Made by a program: the position numbers and the translations under genes. 64,000 nt of DNA, from positions 96,001 to 160,000 of the forward strand of contig OY970218.1 of NCBI GenBank assembly GCA_963713975.1, written 5' to 3'. Positions 60,172 through 64,000 of the stretch are shown one piece after another (the first letter of the stretch is position 1; every line of letters begins with the position of its first letter). Below the pieces are notes generated by a model. That model was not told the origin of the DNA, did no database searches, and worked only from the letters and a program-made list of their open reading frames with translations. The stretch is from an uncultured Chloroflexia bacterium. GTDB taxonomy: Bacteria > Chloroflexota > Limnocylindria > Limnocylindrales > CSP1-4.

Positions 60172-61536
60172 ATGACGACGGCCGACAAGGCGACGCCCAG
60201 CGCCCCGCCCGACAAGGCGACCGCCGCCGCGGCCGATGCCAAGGAGACCAGCACCGAGGCGGCCGAGCTGCGGGTCGGCGACCAGACCCTGGTCCTGCCG
60301 ATCGAGAAGGCGGTCGCGGGCCAGTCGACGATCAACATCGGCACGCTGCTCAAGGACGGCCACGTGACCGCCCTCGACTACGGGTACGCCAACACCGCGT
60401 CATGCCGCAGCGCGATCACGTACCTCGACGGCGATGCCGGCATCCTGCGCTACCGCGGATACCCGATCGAGCAGCTGGCGGATCGCTCCACATTCCTCGA
60501 GACGGCCTACCTCCTGATCTACGGCGAGCTCCCGACCGCCCGCCAGCTCTCGGACTGGACGTCCCTGATCACGCGCCACACCCTGCTCCACGAGGAGTTC
60601 AAGCGGTTCTTCGACGGCTTCCCGATGAATGCCCACCCGATGGGCATCCTCACCTCGGCCGTGGCGGCGTTGTCCACCTTCTACCAGGACTCCTCGGACC
60701 CGCACGACGCCGAGGGCGTCGAGATGACCACCGTCCGCCTGATCGCGAAGATGCCGACCATCGCGGCGTTCGCGCACAAGAAGTCGATCGGCCAGCCGTT
60801 CGTCTACCCGGACAACAGCCTCGACTACGAGAAGAACTTCCTGCGGATGATGTTCTCGCTGCCGACGGAGCCCTACGTCATCGACGGCGACGCGTCCCGG
60901 GCCCTGCGGGTGCTGTTGATCCTCCACGCGGATCACGAGCAGAACTGCTCCACCTCCACCGTGCGCATGGCCGGCTCCAGCATGGCCAACCTGTACGCCT
61001 CTATCTCCGCGGGGATCGCGGCGCTGTGGGGCCCGCTCCATGGCGGCGCGAACCAGGAGGTCCTGGAGATGCTCCAGGGGATCGCCGACCACGGTGGTGA
61101 CGTCGCCCCGTACATCGACCGGGCGAAGAACCATGACGACCCGTTCCGCCTCATGGGGTTCGGGCACAGGGTCTACAAGAACTACGATCCCCGGGCACAG
61201 ATCATCAAGGAGGCGGCCGATCGGGTGCTGGCGAAGCTCGGGACGCGCGACCCCCTGCTGGACATCGCGCTCGAGCTCGAGAGCGTCGCCCTCAGCGACC
61301 CCTACTTCGTGTCCAAGAAGCTCTACCCGAACGTTGACTTCTACAGCGGGCTGATCTATCGGGCCCTGGGCTTCCCGGTCAACATGTTCACCGTGCTATT
61401 CGCCATCGGGCGCCTGCCCGGCTGGATCGCCCAGTGGCGCGAGATGCTCCATGACCCGGACTCGCGGATCGGCCGCCCGCGCCAGCTCTACATCGGCCCG
61501 CCCGAGCGCCGATACCGACCGCTGTCGGAGCGGTAG
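60172..61536 (+). CDS. gltA: Citrate synthase (type II-like)
   Basis: DYGYANTASCRSAITYLDGD.GILRYRGY, HADHEQNCST, GPLHGGAN, MGFGHRVYKNYDPRA and LYPNVDFYSG motifs; GGAGGAG RBS. Confidence 0.97.
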   Translation: MTTADKATPSAPPDKATAAAADAKETSTEAAELRVGDQTLVLPIEKAVAGQSTINIGTLLKDGHVTALDYGYANTASCRSAITYLDGDAGILRYRGYPIEQLADRSTFLETAYLLIYGELPTARQLSDWTSLITRHTLLHEEFKRFFDGFPMNAHPMGILTSAVAALSTFYQDSSDPHDAEGVEMTTVRLIAKMPTIAAFAHKKSIGQPFVYPDNSLDYEKNFLRMMFSLPTEPYVIDGDASRALRVLLILHADHEQNCSTSTVRMAGSSMANLYASISAGIAALWGPLHGGANQEVLEMLQGIADHGGDVAPYIDRAKNHDDPFRLMGFGHRVYKNYDPRAQIIKEAADRVLAKLGTRDPLLDIALELESVALSDPYFVSKKLYPNVDFYSGLIYRALGFPVNMFTVLFAIGRLPGWIAQWREMLHDPDSRIGRPRQLYIGPPERRYRPLSER

Positions 61537-61649
61537 ACCTGCGTCGGACCAGCTCCCGCCGGTCGCCGCCACGCGCGCGAGGGCCGGTCGGGTACACTGC
61601 GCGTCGCCCCGCAGGTTCGTGCGCCCTGGCGCTCGTGACCCCGGTGCAT

Positions 61650-61725
61650 GGTGGCCTTAGCTCAATGGCAGAGCATCGGATTGTGGCTCCGAAGGTTACG
61701 GGTTCGAGCCCCGTAGGCCACCCCA
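61650..61725 (+). tRNA. tRNA-His (GUG) with genome-encoded G-1 and CCA
   Basis: Acceptor stem GTGGCCT/AGGCCAC, D arm, anticodon stem TCGGA-ttGTGgc-TCCGA, T loop GGTTCGAGCC, discriminator C pairing with G-1, CCA end; TACACT -10 element upstream. Confidence 0.96.
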
Positions 61726-61753
61726 ACGCCTGATCGGTCGGCCGGGCCCCGGG

Positions 61754-62788
61754 CTAGGCTCCGGGCAGCGAGCGCCGCACCCTCCGCGCCGCACGCCGCC
61801 AGGCGGGCGCCTTCGCCTTGGGGCCGGCACCATCAGCGCCACGGCCCTTGGTGGGTGTCGGGGCGGTCTTGTCGATGGCCGTCAGCCAGTTGCTGTCGAC
61901 TTCCGCCAGGTGCAGCGAAGGGTCGGCAAACAGGCGCAGGAACTCCGAGACGATGTAGCGGACGGCGTCCCGGCGCACGTGACGGCCATCGTTCTTGAAG
62001 TAGTCGCTCTGGCGCTCAGCAGTGACCACCATCTCGTACGAGTGGAAATAGTGGACGTCCGGGTGCCGGTCGATGAGCTCGGAGATCGCCGCCCGGATCC
62101 GGCTCTTGGACTCGGTGTTGGCGACCCGAACATCCAGCTCGGTGAACGTCGTGTGCAGCGGCACGGGTGAGGTCGTCACCACCAGCTCGGCGCCGATCCG
62201 GTCACGCACCACCGTGCGGATTCGCTCGAGGTCGTCCACCATCTCGGCCACGGTCAGCCGGTGGAACGCCGCACCGAGCGTTGGAAACACCGAGGGGTGG
62301 GGAATCTGGCGGAAGGTGTTGCCGGTGGCGGACGAGCGCCACGTCTCGATAAGGCCCAGGGTCACCACGACCACGCCCGCGCCCTTGAAGACGTCGTCGG
62401 CGGCGGCATCCGCGGCCGCGCGGGCGGCGAGGAGCGCGGCCTCGTCCGGGTAGGCCGTGTCGTAGTCGCGAAACGGGTCGATCAGGCCCCTGTCGATGGC
62501 CCACGAGGGCTCACGACCGCGCTCCTCCCAGCCTCCGACGAGGCGCTCCAGCTCCTGGCGGATCGTGGCGGTGGAGTAGAAGAGGCCACCGGGGTGCATC
62601 GCCCCGCGGATCCCCACCTGGCCCATCGTCTCGGCCAGCTCGGCGGCGAAGCAACTGCCGATCGTGGCGACGCGGGTCTCCGGGCGAACGATGACCACCT
62701 GCGGCGCCCGCATCACGAGGGCCCGCTCGGACCACGCGTGGACGTGCTCGAGGTTCCAGTCCCCGAGCCGGCTGTGCAGGACGGGCAT
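61754..62788 (-). CDS. GSCFA domain protein (SGNH-like)
   Basis: TIGSCFA, VVTLGLIETW, TSPVPL..TF, NTESKS, YFHSYE and DGRHV motifs. Confidence 0.9.
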   Translation of the reverse strand: MPVLHSRLGDWNLEHVHAWSERALVMRAPQVVIVRPETRVATIGSCFAAELAETMGQVGIRGAMHPGGLFYSTATIRQELERLVGGWEERGREPSWAIDRGLIDPFRDYDTAYPDEAALLAARAAADAAADDVFKGAGVVVVTLGLIETWRSSATGNTFRQIPHPSVFPTLGAAFHRLTVAEMVDDLERIRTVVRDRIGAELVVTTSPVPLHTTFTELDVRVANTESKSRIRAAISELIDRHPDVHYFHSYEMVVTAERQSDYFKNDGRHVRRDAVRYIVSEFLRLFADPSLHLAEVDSNWLTAIDKTAPTPTKGRGADGAGPKAKAPAWRRAARRVRRSLPGA

Positions 62789-62839
62789 GCGGGCGAGCAT
62801 ACCGCGTCGACCCGGGACATATGGCATCGTTGCCCTCCG

Positions 62840-64000
62840 ATGACATCCCCGCCCCGATCGCCGGCGCCGCGGCCGCGTCTCGCGATCCTCTCGCACTCCT
62901 CCGGCGAGTACGACGCGCGCTCGCTCAGGGTGGCTCGATCGGCGGTGGCGGCGGGATATGACGTCACGATCTATGCCCGCCTGCATCCGGGCCTGTCGTC
63001 GGTGGAGGAGCACGAGGGCTTTCGGCTGGTCCGGGCGGAGTTCGACTGGCGGCTCGCGATCCCGGGGCTGCGCGCCGGCGCCCGGAGACGCTCGGCGGTG
63101 CGCACGACGAATGCGGCCGGGTTGCAGCCGCGCGCCGCCGACCCGCATGTGGGCCTGGGCGGTCGCGGCGCAGGTGATGAGGAGGCCAGCGCAGGCCGCG
63201 GAGCGCGCGGTGGTCCGCTGCTCGCCCCGATGCGGCTGGGGCGGCGAGTCGAAAGGCGGTTCAGCAGGAGGATCCGGCGCTGGCGCTCGACCATCCTGAT
63301 GTTCCCGCTCCGACCGATGGGCTGGGCCGTGGCGCTCGAATCCGTCGTCGAGCCGGCGGATGTCTGGCACGGGATGTGGGCCGGATCCCTGCCCGCGCTC
63401 AAGCGCATGCGCAGGCTCCACGGGGGGCGGACGGTCTACGACAGTCGCGATGTCTACATGCACTCGCGGGACTTCGCCCGCCTCGAGTGGCCCCTCCGCC
63501 CGATCCTCGCCCACCTGGAGCGCCGCTGGGCGCGCGGTGCCGACCGCGTGCTCACGGTGAACGATGCCTATGCGGGTCTGATCGCGACGCAATTGGGGGT
63601 TCCACGGCCGGCCGTCGTCATCAACACGCCGGAGCGATGGACGCCACCCGTCCCGGCCCCCGACCGGATCCGCGAGACCACCGGCGTGCCCGCCGACACA
63701 CTGGTCGCCCTGTACCAGGGCAAGCTGACCACGGATCGGGGGATCGAGCAGGCGATGGAGGCCATCCTGCAGTGCCCCGGCACGGTCCTCGCGCTGCTCG
63801 GATTCGGCGAGCGCGAGGCCAGGCTCCGGACCCTGGCTGCGAGCGCGCCGTACCAGGGCAAGGTGTACGTCCTGCCGGCGGTTCCGCCCTCGGAGCTGCT
63901 TGCGTGGACCGCCTCAGCGGACGTCATGGTGATGCCCATCCAGCCGACGTCGCGGAACCACGAGCTCACGACTCCGCAGAAGCTGTGGGAGGCGATCGCC
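62840..64000 (+). CDS. Glycosyltransferase family 4 (runs off window end; absent from the ORF track)
   Basis: Open frame from ATG 62840: LAILSHS...YDARSLRVARS...GYDVTIY, VYDSRDVY, ADRVLTVN, LYQGKLTTDRGIE, WTASADV and TPQKLWEAIA. Confidence 0.88.
   Translation, partial: MTSPPRSPAPRPRLAILSHSSGEYDARSLRVARSAVAAGYDVTIYARLHPGLSSVEEHEGFRLVRAEFDWRLAIPGLRAGARRRSAVRTTNAAGLQPRAADPHVGLGGRGAGDEEASAGRGARGGPLLAPMRLGRRVERRFSRRIRRWRSTILMFPLRPMGWAVALESVVEPADVWHGMWAGSLPALKRMRRLHGGRTVYDSRDVYMHSRDFARLEWPLRPILAHLERRWARGADRVLTVNDAYAGLIATQLGVPRPAVVINTPERWTPPVPAPDRIRETTGVPADTLVALYQGKLTTDRGIEQAMEAILQCPGTVLALLGFGEREARLRTLAASAPYQGKVYVLPAVPPSELLAWTASADVMVMPIQPTSRNHELTTPQKLWEAIA

Noticed and set aside
60181-60225. 13-bp direct repeat (CCGACAAGGCGAC) at the start of gltA
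   Set aside because: Small in-frame duplication in a disordered N-terminal extension; no sign of a mobile-element target duplication.
61650-61760. Integrative element at tRNA-His
   Set aside because: No integrase and no duplicated tRNA 3' end seen within the window.

Overview
Very GC-rich (roughly 70%, by eye), gene-dense bacterial chromosome segment with about 52 CDS and one tRNA-His. I saw no CRISPR array, integrase, transposase or rRNA. Gene content and style suggest Chloroflexota, possibly Limnocylindria-like, but that is inference only. From left to right it carries: CoA/pantothenate genes (coaBC, panB, panC); gdhA; DegV; an amino-acid/peptide block (MFS, ggt, azlCD, ridA, M20 peptidase); an extended cyanophycin locus; an ECF sigma/anti-sigma pair; DNA repair genes (lhr-nei with a LexA-type box, ku-ligD); an AcuC deacetylase fused to a GNAT domain; several secreted proteases; bioY; a MacB/LolD-like ABC transporter; citrate synthase; tRNA-His; and the start of a GSCFA/glycosyltransferase region. 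The best candidate for an undescribed system is the cyanophycin locus at about 15.2-23.7 kb. There a canonical cphB-cphA1 operon is translationally coupled to a cytoplasmic SxxK serine hydrolase. It converges on a second CphA paralogue that keeps a degenerate N domain and an intact Mur-ligase (M) domain but lacks the whole ATP-grasp domain, and that paralogue is divergently paired with an M20 carboxypeptidase. Other notable signals are the acetylase/deacetylase fusion, a secreted caspase/CHAT-like protease coupled to a papain-like protein, widespread leaderless promoters and two structured 5' UTRs. All calls come from reading motifs by eye; no database searches were run.
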